From the NCBI GenBank assembly GCA_039924425.1, contig JBDTAX010000045.1, positions 5,064-69,063 of the forward strand: 64,000 nucleotides of DNA, read 5' to 3'. A program made the translations under genes and the position numbers. Origin of the DNA: Pseudonocardiaceae bacterium (GTDB lineage: Bacteria; Actinomycetota; Actinomycetes; Mycobacteriales; Pseudonocardiaceae). This document shows positions 35,706 to 45,440 of the stretch, piece after piece (positions within the stretch are counted from its first letter, which is position 1; each line of letters opens with the position of its first letter). Below the pieces are notes generated by a model that worked only from the letters and a program-made list of their open reading frames with translations, did no database searches and was not told the DNA's origin.

Positions 35706-36377
35706 TTAGCGCTCTTTGAGTGACGTCGCGTACTTGTCGACGTACTCCTGGCCGGAAAGCTCCATCAAGACGTACATGATCTCGTCAACCATGGCCCGCT
35801 CGACAAAGCGGTCACCGTCCAGACCCGCGTAGCGCGAGAAGTCCAACGGGGCGCCGAATCGTATTTCCACCGGATGTGGCCGCCACATTCTGGTCCCCAT
35901 GGGGCTGACTTTGTCGGTGCCCACCATCACGACCGGGATCACTGGGACACCGGCTTCCAGCGCCATCCTGGCGACGCCGGTCTTGCCCTTGTACAACCGG
36001 CCATCCGGAGACCGCGTGCCTTCCGGATAGATGCCCAGCAACTTGCCCTGTGCCAGCAACCGTGTCCCGGTGTCCAGAGCGGCCTGCGCGGCCGATGCGC
36101 TGGAGCGGTCGATGGGGACCTGGCCGGCGGCGCTGAAGAACTGCCTGGTGAGCCATCCGCGCAGGCCAGGAGCGGTGAAGTACTCCCGCTTGGCCAGGAA
36201 CGTGACCCTGCGACGAACCATCAGCGGCAGGAAGAACGAGTCGGCGACCGCGAGGTGGTTGCTGGCCAGAATGGCGCCACCGCGCCCCGGGACATGCTCA
36301 GCGCCTCGGACCCGCGGGTGGCATGCCAGCCGCATCAGCGGGCCGAGCAGCAGGTGTTTGAGCAGCCAGTAGAACAC
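35706..36377 (-). CDS. 1-acyl-sn-glycerol-3-phosphate acyltransferase family protein
   Basis: HX4D motif (ASNHLAVADSFF), FLAKRE, and the IYPEGTRS block. Confidence 0.85.
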   Translation of the reverse strand: MFYWLLKHLLLGPLMRLACHPRVRGAEHVPGRGGAILASNHLAVADSFFLPLMVRRRVTFLAKREYFTAPGLRGWLTRQFFSAAGQVPIDRSSASAAQAALDTGTRLLAQGKLLGIYPEGTRSPDGRLYKGKTGVARMALEAGVPVIPVVMVGTDKVSPMGTRMWRPHPVEIRFGAPLDFSRYAGLDGDRFVERAMVDEIMYVLMELSGQEYVDKYATSLKER

Positions 36378-36476
36378 CGCCTACCGATCCTTCCTGATGA
36401 CTCTCCGGCCAACTCGCGAGCCGCTTATCACCCAGCGTACGGAGTACGCCAGCGGGGACACAACGCTCCCGGTGGC

Positions 36477-36911
36477 TCAGAGCTCCACGCGGCGCTTGAG
36501 TTCCTTCAGCGCGGTATCCATGATGACCTTCTCGGCCTTTCGCCTGATCATCGCGATCATGGGGATCACGAGGTCAACCGCCAGGCTGTAGGTTACCCTG
36601 GTTTCCGCGCCGACAGGTTCCAGGACGTAGGAGCCATGCTGCGCCTTTTGAATCTGGCCTTCGACCAGTTCCCAGGCCACCGTCAGGCCATCCACCGACC
36701 AGACGTACTCGAGCACGTACTCGTCCTTCACCAGGCCAGCGTCCAACCAGAACCGCACCCGCTCCGCGCGACCACCAACGCCGGGGACGAGCACCTCCGC
36801 GTTCTTCACCGTCGACGCCCACCGCGGGTAGCCGGAAAAGTCGGCGATGACGTCCATGATCGCCTGCGGATCGGCGTTGATGACGATGGACTGGGTGGAC
36901 TTCTCGGCCAT
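36477..36911 (-). CDS. SRPBCC (START/polyketide cyclase-like) family protein
   Basis: ATG 36911 (MAEKSTQSIVINADPQAIMDVIADFSGYPRW). The size and pattern match SRPBCC ligand-binding proteins found at this conserved position. Confidence 0.8.
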   Translation of the reverse strand: MAEKSTQSIVINADPQAIMDVIADFSGYPRWASTVKNAEVLVPGVGGRAERVRFWLDAGLVKDEYVLEYVWSVDGLTVAWELVEGQIQKAQHGSYVLEPVGAETRVTYSLAVDLVIPMIAMIRRKAEKVIMDTALKELKRRVEL

Positions 36912-36941
36912 GGCGCGCAGGCTACTCGCGACGACGGGACT

Positions 36942-37020
36942 GTGAGTGGCGATACGAATGATCACTTGTATCGCCACTCACACGCCGGGCGAAGCAGCTC
37001 GCCGAGCTGCTTCGCCCGGC
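36942..37020. repeat. Two adjacent perfect hairpins at the GT4/SRPBCC gene junction
   Basis: Hairpin 1: GTGAGTGGCGATA (36942-36954) and TATCGCCACTCAC (36969-36981). Hairpin 2: GCCGGGCGAAGCAGCTC (36984-37000) and GAGCTGCTTCGCCCGGC (37004-37020). The GT4 ORF reads through both and stops inside the loop of hairpin 1. Confidence 0.8.
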
Positions 37021-38152
37021 AAGCCCAGTCCCAGTCCCGTAGCATCCAGCGCCGTCCGCGCTGGCCCATCGCGGCGGCACGCTCGGGATCGGCCAGCAGT
37101 GCGGCAACGGCCCCCGCCACCGCCGCCACGTCACGACCGTCCACCAGCTCGCCGGTGTCGCCCGCGCGCACCGTCTCCCGCGCCCCGCCAGCGTCACCCA
37201 CCACGACCGGCAAGCCGGTCGCCGAAGCCTCAAGGAACACCAGACCGAGCCCTTCGACGTCCAGCCCGTGCCCACGGGTCCGGCAGGGCATCGCGAAGAC
37301 GTCACCAGCGGCGTAGTAGGCGGGCAACTCGGACCACGGCACCGTTCCGGTGCACACCATGGCATCGGATACCCCACACGAGCGCGCCAGCCGACGCAAC
37401 GCCACTGCCCCGGGCCCGTCTCCGACGAGCAGCAGTCTGGCCCCCGGAACTTGACGCGCAATCGCGGGCAACGCCCGCACCAGTGTGTCCTGCCCCTTGC
37501 GAGCCACCAACCGGGACACACACAGCACCACCGGGGCATCCCCCAGCCGGTGGCGGCGGCGGATCTCCGCGCGCGCGCTGGGATCTGGGCGCAAAGCCGC
37601 GCAGTCCACACCCGGTGGAAGCAGTTCCAGAGCAGCGCGGGGACCGAATGCCGAGGAGATCCGGCGGCGGGTGTACTGGCTCACCGCGGTGACCACGTCG
37701 GCATCCGCGCCGATCCGGCGCAGCGCCATGCGCCCTGGGGGCAGCATGGACCAACCCACCTCGTGTCCATGACTGCTGGCCACCACGCGTCGCACCCCGG
37801 CGCGGCGCAATGCCGGACCGAGCAGGGCCAGCGGGGCGGCCGCGCCGAACCACGCGGTGTCACAACGCAGTTCCCGCAGGAAACCGACAGCCCGGCGCAG
37901 TACGGACGGCGTGGGAAGCATGAGGGATCCGGGATGCCGGAGCACCGGGAAGGGCAACCTGGCATCGAAGGCCGCCGCTCCCGGCCAGTCCGGTGCGTAG
38001 ACGGCGATGTCACCCTCGGGCAGCGCCAGAGCCAGTTGGTGCAGGTAAGCCTGGATGCCACCGGGTCGGGGCGGGAAGTCGTTGCTGACCAGCAGGATCC
38101 GTGGCACCCGTGGTTTCAGCCGATCCGACTCAGTGCGGTGACTTGGCTCCAC
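36962..38152 (-). CDS. GT4-family glycosyltransferase (PimB-like mannosyltransferase by context)
   Basis: N-terminus RILLVSNDFPPRPGGIQAYLHQL. C-terminal GT1/GT4 EX7E region (GLGLVFLEASATGLPVVVGDAGGARETV). An alternative GTG start at 38107 avoids overlap with the upstream NlpC/P60 gene. Confidence 0.85.
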   Translation of the reverse strand: MEPSHRTESDRLKPRVPRILLVSNDFPPRPGGIQAYLHQLALALPEGDIAVYAPDWPGAAAFDARLPFPVLRHPGSLMLPTPSVLRRAVGFLRELRCDTAWFGAAAPLALLGPALRRAGVRRVVASSHGHEVGWSMLPPGRMALRRIGADADVVTAVSQYTRRRISSAFGPRAALELLPPGVDCAALRPDPSARAEIRRRHRLGDAPVVLCVSRLVARKGQDTLVRALPAIARQVPGARLLLVGDGPGAVALRRLARSCGVSDAMVCTGTVPWSELPAYYAAGDVFAMPCRTRGHGLDVEGLGLVFLEASATGLPVVVGDAGGARETVRAGDTGELVDGRDVAAVAGAVAALLADPERAAAMGQRGRRWMLRDWDWACRAKQLGELLRPACEWRYK

Positions 38153-39207
38153 GGCACCATGACGACCTTCACCACGTCCCCGCTCTGTGGGGCGTTCACG
38201 TACAAGCCTTCACCGACGTAGATCCCGATGTGGCTGATCGGGGAGTACAACGCGATGAGATCGCCTGGCTGCAGCTGGGAGCGGCTGACGCTGCGACCCA
38301 TCCGGGCCTGCTCCTCGGCTGAGTGCGGCAGACCCGGCATCCCGGCCTGCGCGAAGGCCCACTTCACCAACCCTGAGCAGTCAAATGTTATCGGGCCGGC
38401 GCCGCCCCAGACGTATGCCGAGCCCTGCTTGCTCAACGCGGCGCGCGTCGCCTCGACCGCGACACCACTGCCGAGCAAGTTGGTGATCGGGAAGTCGATT
38501 TTCCCGACGGACGTGTAGGCGGCTCGCTCTTGGCGGGTCAGCTCCGCGAGGCTCTTGGTGACCAACTGGATCTGACGGTCCATCTCGGCTCGGGAACGGG
38601 ACAGGTCGCCTTCGAGCTGCGCCGCGTCCTGCTCAGCTTGGGCGGCCCGCGCCGCCGCGTCGTTGGCCGACCGCTGCGCCTGCTGGGTTTGCGCGACGGC
38701 ACCGGTGAGCCGGTCCAGAGCCTGCTTGTTGTCCACCGCGAGCATGTCCAGCGCCGACATCTGGTCCAGGAAGTCCTGGGGGGAGTCACTGACCAGCAGA
38801 GCGGACAGCCGGGACAGCCGCGCGCCCTGGAACGAGGCATAAGTCAGCTTGTCGACTTGACCGCGGTACTGACCTTGCACAACCTTGGCTCGCTGCCCGG
38901 CCGCGGCGGCGGCGTTGACATCAGCCTTGGCGCGCTCCAGCTCGGCACGGCGCGCACCCAATTGGTCCAGGGTGTAATGCCACCTTTCGGTGAGCACTTC
39001 AGCCTGCCGATTCAGGTCGGCAAGCCGCTGCGCGGCGGTGGTGGCATCCCCGGGCGGGGCGGGGTCAGCGCTCGCCGGAGTGGGCAGCACAGCCACCAGG
39101 ACAACCACCGCCGCAGCGGTCACCGCCGCCGAGACACAGCGTCTGACAACACCAGGTGTGACAACACCCGGCTTGGCGGCATCGGGCCTCAGATGATGCG
39201 ACGACAC
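38116..39207 (-). CDS. NlpC/P60 peptidoglycan endopeptidase with coiled-coil N-terminal region (RipC-like)
   Basis: Signal/TM segment (AAVVVLVAVLPTPASA), a long Ala/Gln/Arg-rich coiled-coil, and a C-terminal NlpC/P60 domain (YVWGGAGPITFDCSGLVKWAF, ISHIGIYVGEGLYVNAP). The ORF extends to 39312. The proposed GTG 39207 follows the riboswitch-like leader. Confidence 0.85.
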   Translation of the reverse strand: MSSHHLRPDAAKPGVVTPGVVRRCVSAAVTAAAVVVLVAVLPTPASADPAPPGDATTAAQRLADLNRQAEVLTERWHYTLDQLGARRAELERAKADVNAAAAAGQRAKVVQGQYRGQVDKLTYASFQGARLSRLSALLVSDSPQDFLDQMSALDMLAVDNKQALDRLTGAVAQTQQAQRSANDAAARAAQAEQDAAQLEGDLSRSRAEMDRQIQLVTKSLAELTRQERAAYTSVGKIDFPITNLLGSGVAVEATRAALSKQGSAYVWGGAGPITFDCSGLVKWAFAQAGMPGLPHSAEEQARMGRSVSRSQLQPGDLIALYSPISHIGIYVGEGLYVNAPQSGDVVKVVMVPWSQVTALSRIG

Positions 39208-39229
39208 GTCGCGGCTGTCCCCTCTATCC

Positions 39230-39385
39230 CCTAGACCACCACACCGGGTTTCACTGAGGGGTTCGGGCCCAGCGCGGACGCAAGCCCTATCTGGGTGAGC
39301 ACGAGTGCTCACCCAGATTCACCCAAGAAAAGGAATCCCCGGCTCGGCTGCCCAACGCAGCCGATTCGGCAGCGGCCCGCGCTGC
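39230..39385 (-). promoter_or_regulatory. ydaO/yuaA-type (cyclic-di-AMP) riboswitch candidate
   Basis: The minus strand reads GCCGAATCGG...GAGCCGGGGATTCC...TGGGTGAATCT...CCCGAACCCCTCAGTGAAACCCGGTG. As I remember it, the B. subtilis ydaO element has AAUC...GAGCGGGGGACCCA...GGGGUGAAUCC...CCCGAACCCGUCAGCUAACCUCGU. It sits in the 5' leader of a cell-wall hydrolase gene. Confidence 0.55.
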
Positions 39386-39534
39386 CGCCCAGTCTGGGAG
39401 GCATCTACCGCAAGGCCTCGGGAAGAATATGAAAAGCCAGCGACGCTGTCACCACCTGTACGCGACGATGGGCCGAAGTGACCGCTGGGCACGATGAACG
39501 CCACCGCATCCCAGAACAACACCGCCCTCGCCGA

Positions 39535-39819
39535 TCAGCATACCTGTCGCCTAGACCGCTCATCGTCGAGCGCACACCGCTCAGCGCCCTTTCGCAGGAG
39601 GACTCCGGTGTCGGTCGTCGCCAAAGGGACCGCGCAGGTCTGGTGACGATCAACCAGTCGCAGCCGGGGCACCATGCCAACCTCGGCCAAGGTGTGCAAC
39701 GCTTGCCGTTCGGTGGCGTCCAACTCGACGCCAGCCGGCGGGGCTCCAAGTAGCAGGGTGATGACGCAGTCCTGACAGGCGCCGCCACGTACCTCACACC
39801 GGTCGCAATCCACTATCAT
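39535..39819 (-). CDS. Small Cys-rich hypothetical protein
   Basis: ATG lies 6 nt after GGAG. N-terminus MIVDCDRCEVRGGACQDCVITLLLG has a CxxC-x6-CxxC pattern. The C-terminal third looks less protein-like. Confidence 0.45.
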   Translation of the reverse strand: MIVDCDRCEVRGGACQDCVITLLLGAPPAGVELDATERQALHTLAEVGMVPRLRLVDRHQTCAVPLATTDTGVLLRKGAERCALDDERSRRQVC

Positions 39820-39907
39820 TTCGGCTCCGTCTCGCTGGTGAGCTGGTCACTGCGGACGCTAGACCGCGACACTGACAATTTCGGGAGAGTGTTCCGGAGA
39901 GTGCCGA

Positions 39908-40990
39908 TCATCCGATCCGGCGGATCGCCGCGACGTCATGCCACGGGACTCGAGAGACCTTGACCACGTCACCGCTCTGCGGGGCGTTGATGTACAGACC
40001 GTTGCCCACGTACATGCCGATGTGACTCACCGGCGAGTACAGCGCGATGAGGTCTCCCGGCAACAGGCCGGACACCACCGGGGTGCCCACTCTGGACTGG
40101 TCGAAGGCCACCCTCGGCAAGCTCACTCCGGCCTGGCGGTAAGCCCACATCACCAGACCTGAGCAATCGAAGGTGCTCGGGCCTTCAGCGCCCCAGATGT
40201 ACGGTGCCCCCTGCCGGGTCAGCGCGGCCCGCAAGGCCCTGATCCCGAGGGTGTCACCGACCAGGTTGATCGGATAGTCGGTGAATCCCTCGGAGGCATA
40301 GTGGGAGAACTCCTCGGGGGTCAGCTTGCCGAGGCGCTCCTGCACGAGAGTGATCTGGCGGCCCATCTCAAGCCGGGCCTGGGCCACATCCCCCGCTATC
40401 CGCTCGGCGTCGAGCTCAGCCACGGCCGCTCGCGTCTCGGCGTCGGTGGCGACAAGCTCCGCCTGGCCGGCCCGGGAGACGGCGGCCGCCAGCTTGTCCA
40501 TCGCCGCCCGATTGCTCACCGCCAGCACGTCCAGCGCGGACATTTGATCCATGAAGTGTTGCGGCGAGTCGCTGATCAGCATCGCCGTCAAACTGCTGAC
40601 CCGCACACCCTCGAAGGTTGCGCTGGTCAGCCGATCCACCTGAGCGCGGAACGCGCTCTGCGACGTGCGAGCCTGGTCGGCGGTGGCCCTTGCGGCCGCC
40701 GCGTCGGCATGCGCCCGGTCCGCATCAGCACGACGAGCCAGCAGCCGGTCGGTCGCCAGCTTCCACTGCTCGGTGATTACCTCGGCTTGACGGCTCAATG
40801 CTCGAGCCTGCGCCACACTCGCCATCGGATCAGGCGCGGGCGGATGCACGGCGGCGGGATCGGCGGCGGGGGGATTGGGAGCGGGGGCTGGTTCGGCCGC
40901 CGCGAGCGCTGGTGGCATGCTCAGCACAGCAACGAACGCCACCCCGGCCGCCACGCTCCCCAGGACGCGGTTCTGACGATGGGACACCAC
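39908..40990 (-). CDS. NlpC/P60 peptidoglycan endopeptidase with coiled-coil region (second RipC-like paralog)
   Basis: Signal peptide (VAFVAVLSMPPALAAAEP), a coiled-coil, and YIWGAEGPSTFDCSGLVMWAY, VSHIGMYVGNGLYINAP. Confidence 0.85.
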   Translation of the reverse strand: MVSHRQNRVLGSVAAGVAFVAVLSMPPALAAAEPAPAPNPPAADPAAVHPPAPDPMASVAQARALSRQAEVITEQWKLATDRLLARRADADRAHADAAAARATADQARTSQSAFRAQVDRLTSATFEGVRVSSLTAMLISDSPQHFMDQMSALDVLAVSNRAAMDKLAAAVSRAGQAELVATDAETRAAVAELDAERIAGDVAQARLEMGRQITLVQERLGKLTPEEFSHYASEGFTDYPINLVGDTLGIRALRAALTRQGAPYIWGAEGPSTFDCSGLVMWAYRQAGVSLPRVAFDQSRVGTPVVSGLLPGDLIALYSPVSHIGMYVGNGLYINAPQSGDVVKVSRVPWHDVAAIRRIG

Positions 40991-41156
40991 TCGCAGCTAT
41001 CCCCCATTCCCGGACCTGAACGCCCGGATGCGTGATCACTGGTAGCGGGAGATCATCCCGCGCATGTCGCCTAACGTCCGTTTGTGCGATTGGGCGCGGA
41101 CCATCACCCAAAAGGCGGAGTTACGCCATTCGGTAGTGGCGTTTTGTGATCGGTGG

Positions 41157-42227
41157 TTACTGTCCGTAGGACAAGGGCGCAGTCGCGGACAGCTCGACAG
41201 TCAGCCTCGCCCAGCGTTCCAGCAGCGCCGCCGCGGCGCCCGAGTCCACCGCCGTGGCCGCACGTTGGGTCATCGCCGCGAGTTCGCCGACGAGGTCTCC
41301 GGCCCAGCCGCGGTGCGCGGCAAGCGCCGCGGCGGCATTGAGGAGCACGGCGTCGCGAACCGGACCAGGCTCACCGGCGAGCAGGTGACGCACCGCATCG
41401 GCATTGGTCGCGGCGTCCCCACCGCGCAGATCCTCCCGGCGGGCCAGGGGCACGCCCAGGGAAACCGGGTCCACCTGCGCACTCCGCACGGCGGCGCCGT
41501 CGACCACCCACACCGAGGTGGTGGTCGTGGTGGTGAGCTCGTCGAGCCCGTCGTCGCCGCGTACCACCAGCGCGCTGACACCGCGGTCGGCGAGCACCTG
41601 AGCCAGCACCGGCGCTAACCGTGGATCCGCGCAACCCACCAGCGCGGCAGCCGGCTGCGCGGGGTTGACCAGCGGGCCGAGGACGTTGAAGGCGGTGGGG
41701 ATCCCGATCTCCGAGCGCATCGCCGCCGCGTGTCGCATCGCCGGATGAAACAGGGGCGCGAAGCAGAAACCGATTCCCACCTCCGTGACGCACCGCGCCA
41801 CCTGCTCCGGACCGAGATCGATCGCCACGCCGAGCGCCTCGAGCACGTCGGCGGCGCCGCACTGTGAGGACGCCGCACGGTTGCCGTGCTTGACCACCGG
41901 CGCGCCAGCCGCGGCGGCCACCAGCGCCGCCATCGTGGAGATGTTGACGGTGTGCGCGCGGTCACCCCCGGTGCCCACGACATCGAGCACCCGCTGCGGG
42001 ACGTCCACTCGGCGGGCGTGGGCGAGCATGCCATCGGCCAAGCCGGCGATCTCCGCCGGAGTTTCACCCTTGGCCCGAAGCGCCACCACGAACGCGGCCA
42101 TCTGGGCCTGGGTGGCGACACCGGACATCACTTGGTCCATCGCCCACGTCGCGTCCTGGGCGTCCAGGTCAGTGCCCGCGATCAGCTGGCTCAGCAGGGC
42201 TGGCCAGCCGGTCAACCCCCCTATCAA
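41157..42227 (-). CDS. trpD: Anthranilate phosphoribosyltransferase
   Basis: [50 protein letters not shown] start overlaps the upstream stop. Confidence 0.92.
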   Translation of the reverse strand: MIGGLTGWPALLSQLIAGTDLDAQDATWAMDQVMSGVATQAQMAAFVVALRAKGETPAEIAGLADGMLAHARRVDVPQRVLDVVGTGGDRAHTVNISTMAALVAAAAGAPVVKHGNRAASSQCGAADVLEALGVAIDLGPEQVARCVTEVGIGFCFAPLFHPAMRHAAAMRSEIGIPTAFNVLGPLVNPAQPAAALVGCADPRLAPVLAQVLADRGVSALVVRGDDGLDELTTTTTTSVWVVDGAAVRSAQVDPVSLGVPLARREDLRGGDAATNADAVRHLLAGEPGPVRDAVLLNAAAALAAHRGWAGDLVGELAAMTQRAATAVDSGAAAALLERWARLTVELSATAPLSYGQ

Positions 42228-42640
42228 CCCTTCGCCGCCCGAGACCGCGACGAGCGCAGCACCTCGGCCACGGTCTCGGCGGCGACCAACGGATCCAGCG
42301 GGTGCACGATCACGGCATCAGCCTGCGACCAGACCGCCAGCCACCGGTCGTCCCTGCGCCGCACGGCAACGATCACCGGCGGGCACCGCGTGATCTCGTT
42401 CTTGAGCTGGCGGGACAACCCCATCCCGCCGGTGGGCTGCGCCTCACCGTCCAGGATCGCCAGGTCCACGCCACCCGCATCGACCTCGGCCAGCACCTCG
42501 GCGATCGTCCCGGCCTCCACGTAGCGCACGCGGCCGACGTCGACCGAGGGCCGCGGTCCGAGCGCGTTGATGATGGCCTCGCGCACTTCCGGCCGGTGGC
42601 TGAAGACCAGCACCGTGCTGGCGTCGCCCGAAGCGTTCAT
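42224..42640 (-). CDS. Stand-alone receiver-like (CheY-fold) protein without an output domain
   Basis: 138 aa. [14 protein letters not shown]...[25 protein letters not shown]...PPVIVAV follows the REC-domain strand/helix pattern. It is translationally coupled to trpD. Confidence 0.6.
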   Translation of the reverse strand: MNASGDASTVLVFSHRPEVREAIINALGPRPSVDVGRVRYVEAGTIAEVLAEVDAGGVDLAILDGEAQPTGGMGLSRQLKNEITRCPPVIVAVRRRDDRWLAVWSQADAVIVHPLDPLVAAETVAEVLRSSRSRAAKG

Positions 42641-42742
42641 CGTGCGGATCCTATACGGTCAAGCGCCTCGGAGATACCGGGCTGTCACTCTTTGCGGCAT
42701 CTGTCGGCCCCGGTCCGGCATACGGCGGCAGCTTTCGCCATA

Positions 42743-43381
42743 ATGCTGAGCGTGACCTCGTCCAGCCTGGCAGGGCCCGCGATCAGCCAACGGGTGCACT
42801 CGCTGAACCGGCCCAACATGGTCAGCGTCGGAACGATCGTATGGCTGTCCAGCGAGCTGATGTTCTTCGCTGGTCTGTTCGCCATGTTCTTCACGGTGAA
42901 GGCCCAGCACGACGGTCCGTGGCCGCCGGTCAACGCGGTGACCGGGCAGCCGATCCGCCTCGACATTCCCTACGCCCTGGTGATCACGATCATCCTGGTG
43001 GCCTCGTCGTTCACCTGTCAGTTGGGGGTGTTCAAGGCCGAGCAGGGAGATGTTTTCGGGCTGCGACTATGGTACTCGATCACGTTCGTTATGGGTTTGC
43101 TGTTCGTGCTGGGGGCGCTGAACGAATACCACAACCTCGTCACGGAGCAGGGTGTCACGATCCAGTCGGGCGCCTACGGCACTGTGTTCTACCTCACCAC
43201 CGGATTCCACGCCATGCACGTGACCGGAGGCCTGATCGCGTTCATCTTCCTCATCGTCCGGACCAAGCTGAGCAAGTTCACTCCGGCCCAAGCCACCGCC
43301 GCGATCGTCGTGTCGTACTACTGGCACTTCGTCGACGTGGTGTGGATTGGCCTGTTCGCCACCATCTACTTCTTGCCCTGA
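42743..43381 (+). CDS. ctaE: Cytochrome c oxidase subunit III
   Basis: In-frame ATG 42743 within ORF 42302..43381. Five TM segments. [49 protein letters not shown]. Confidence 0.9.
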   Translation: MLSVTSSSLAGPAISQRVHSLNRPNMVSVGTIVWLSSELMFFAGLFAMFFTVKAQHDGPWPPVNAVTGQPIRLDIPYALVITIILVASSFTCQLGVFKAEQGDVFGLRLWYSITFVMGLLFVLGALNEYHNLVTEQGVTIQSGAYGTVFYLTTGFHAMHVTGGLIAFIFLIVRTKLSKFTPAQATAAIVVSYYWHFVDVVWIGLFATIYFLP

Positions 43382-43446
43382 GCACCCCCAAAAAAGACAA
43401 CCGCAAAGACAACCGCCGAACAAGACAGCAAGGGTAGCCGAGACTG

Positions 43447-44298
43447 ATGACTAATCAGGCACCGCAGCGGGCAGGGCGGCGGGCGGGACACAACCGCTTG
43501 CGTCGTCGGTTGTCCGGGACGCTCGCGCTCGGCGTGGCATTGCTGGCTCTCGGCGGGCTGTACACGGTGTTCGCCCCCCAGCCACAGACCGCGCGCGCCC
43601 AGGAGAATCTGGACCAACAGACTTCGACCCATCCGATGCAGACCGACCCAGCGCTGGTGCGTCAGGGCGAGCAGCTCTACAACAACGCCTGCATCACCTG
43701 CCACGGCACGAACCTGCAGGGCGTACTGGACCGCGGGCCCAGTCTGATCGGTGTCGGTGAGGCCGCGGTCTACTTCCAGGTCTCCACCGGGCGGATGCCC
43801 GCGGTGCGTCAGGAAGCGCAGGAGCCCGAGAAGCCATCCAGGTTCACCCCTGAGCAGACCGACGCGCTGGGTGCCTTCGTGCAGGCTAACGGCGGCGGTC
43901 CGGTGGTGCCATCGCGTAGCAGCCTCATCGGCGGCGATCCGGCTGAGGGCGGTGATTTGTTCCGACTCAACTGCGCTTCCTGCCACAACTTCACTGGACG
44001 CGGCATCGCACTGTCCTCTGGCCAGTTCGCGCCTGAGATCAGGAACGTGGACCCGCAGCAGATTTACTCCGCGATGATCAGCGGACCGCAGAGTATGCCC
44101 AGGTTCTCCAACGGGCAGCTCACCGTGGCGCAGAAGCGGGACATCATCGCCTACGTGGAATCGTTCGCCAGGGCACCCAACAATCCGGGTGGCTACGCGC
44201 TCGGGGGTTTCGGGCCAGTCCCAGAAGGTGCCGTCTCGTGGCTCATTGGTATCTCAGCACTGGTCGGTATCACGCTGTGGATTGGATCGAGGGCATGA
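43447..44298 (+). CDS. qcrC: Cytochrome bc1 complex dihaem cytochrome c subunit
   Basis: Two CxxCH motifs (CITCHG, CASCHN) and a C-terminal TM anchor. Confidence 0.92.
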   Translation: MTNQAPQRAGRRAGHNRLRRRLSGTLALGVALLALGGLYTVFAPQPQTARAQENLDQQTSTHPMQTDPALVRQGEQLYNNACITCHGTNLQGVLDRGPSLIGVGEAAVYFQVSTGRMPAVRQEAQEPEKPSRFTPEQTDALGAFVQANGGGPVVPSRSSLIGGDPAEGGDLFRLNCASCHNFTGRGIALSSGQFAPEIRNVDPQQIYSAMISGPQSMPRFSNGQLTVAQKRDIIAYVESFARAPNNPGGYALGGFGPVPEGAVSWLIGISALVGITLWIGSRA

Positions 44299-45440
44299 GC
44301 GGGCACGGGAGGCCCATTGGGCAGCGACAGCCGCCCAATGATGCGGACCTCAGTGCCGCGGAGCTGGCGAAGTTGACCCCCGAAGAGCTGGTCCGGGTGG
44401 GTTTGGCGCTGGACGAGGTGACCATCACCCACCGGGAGGATCCGTTCCCGGTGCCGGGAACCCGGGCGGAGAAGCGCACCGAACGCATGGTGGCGGGGTG
44501 GTTCGTCCTCGCGGCGCTGGCCGGGCTGGGTTTCCTGGCGGCCTACCTGTTCCTGCCTTTCGAGTATGCCCCGCCCGGCACCCCCGGCGATCGCCACCTG
44601 CTCTACCAACTCTATACGCCGATAATCGGGGTGCTGCTCGGGTTGGCGGTGTTCGCCATCGGCGGCGGAACGATCGCCTACGCCAAGAACCTGCTACCAC
44701 ACGAGACCGCGGTACAGCAGCGCCACATCGGCGGTTCCTCGGAAGTGGACCGGGTGACCACGGGCGCGATCCTGGCCGACACCGGGGCCCGCAGCGGCAT
44801 CGGTCGGAGATCCCTGATCACGCGATCGGCCGGGTTCGGCGCCGGCGTGCTCGGTGCTGGGGTGGGCGTCTTCGCCCTGGGCGGCCTGATCCGCAACCCA
44901 TGGAAGGGCGGGGACCACGCCGCGCTGTGGGTAACACCCTGGGCCTCGTACAACGGCGAGCCGGTATTCCTGCGCTATGACGCCGAGCAACTCAGCCTTG
45001 CTCGCCCTGAAGATCTTGCCGCTGGCAGCATCGCGACCGTCTTCCCGTACAAGCGCTCCTGGTCGGCACAGGAAGCACACGATGTGATGACCGCCTCCAA
45101 CAGTCCGGTGATACTCATCCGGTTGTACCCAGAGCAGGCGGCGCGGGTGACCCAGCGCAGGGACCAAGTCGACTTCCACTACGGCGACTTCTACGCGTAC
45201 TCGAAGATCTGCACCCATCTGGGTTGCCCCGCTTCGCTGTACGAGGCCCAGGACGCTCGGGTGCTGTGTCCCTGCCATCAGTCCCAGTTCGACATGCTGG
45301 CGTACGCCAAGCCGGTCTTCGGCCCGGCCACCAGACCCTTGCCTCAGCTGCACATCAGCGTGAACGATGAGGGATACTTCTACGCCAAGGGTGACTTCAG
45401 CGAACCCGTGGGACCAGCGTTCTGGGAGCGGAGGTCATGA
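44295..45440 (+). CDS. qcrA: Cytochrome bc1 complex Rieske iron-sulfur subunit
   Basis: ATG 44295 overlaps the qcrC stop (ATGA). Rieske boxes CTHLGCP and CPCHQSQF, with N-terminal TM helices. Confidence 0.92.
   Translation: MSGHGRPIGQRQPPNDADLSAAELAKLTPEELVRVGLALDEVTITHREDPFPVPGTRAEKRTERMVAGWFVLAALAGLGFLAAYLFLPFEYAPPGTPGDRHLLYQLYTPIIGVLLGLAVFAIGGGTIAYAKNLLPHETAVQQRHIGGSSEVDRVTTGAILADTGARSGIGRRSLITRSAGFGAGVLGAGVGVFALGGLIRNPWKGGDHAALWVTPWASYNGEPVFLRYDAEQLSLARPEDLAAGSIATVFPYKRSWSAQEAHDVMTASNSPVILIRLYPEQAARVTQRRDQVDFHYGDFYAYSKICTHLGCPASLYEAQDARVLCPCHQSQFDMLAYAKPVFGPATRPLPQLHISVNDEGYFYAKGDFSEPVGPAFWERRS

Noticed and set aside
40991-41156. Second ydaO-type riboswitch upstream of the second NlpC/P60 gene
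   Set aside because: Only fragments resemble the motif (CCGAATGG, GGGTGATGG). The GAGC.GGGGA and CCCGAACCC blocks are missing and the leader is short. It needs cmsearch to exclude a degenerate copy.
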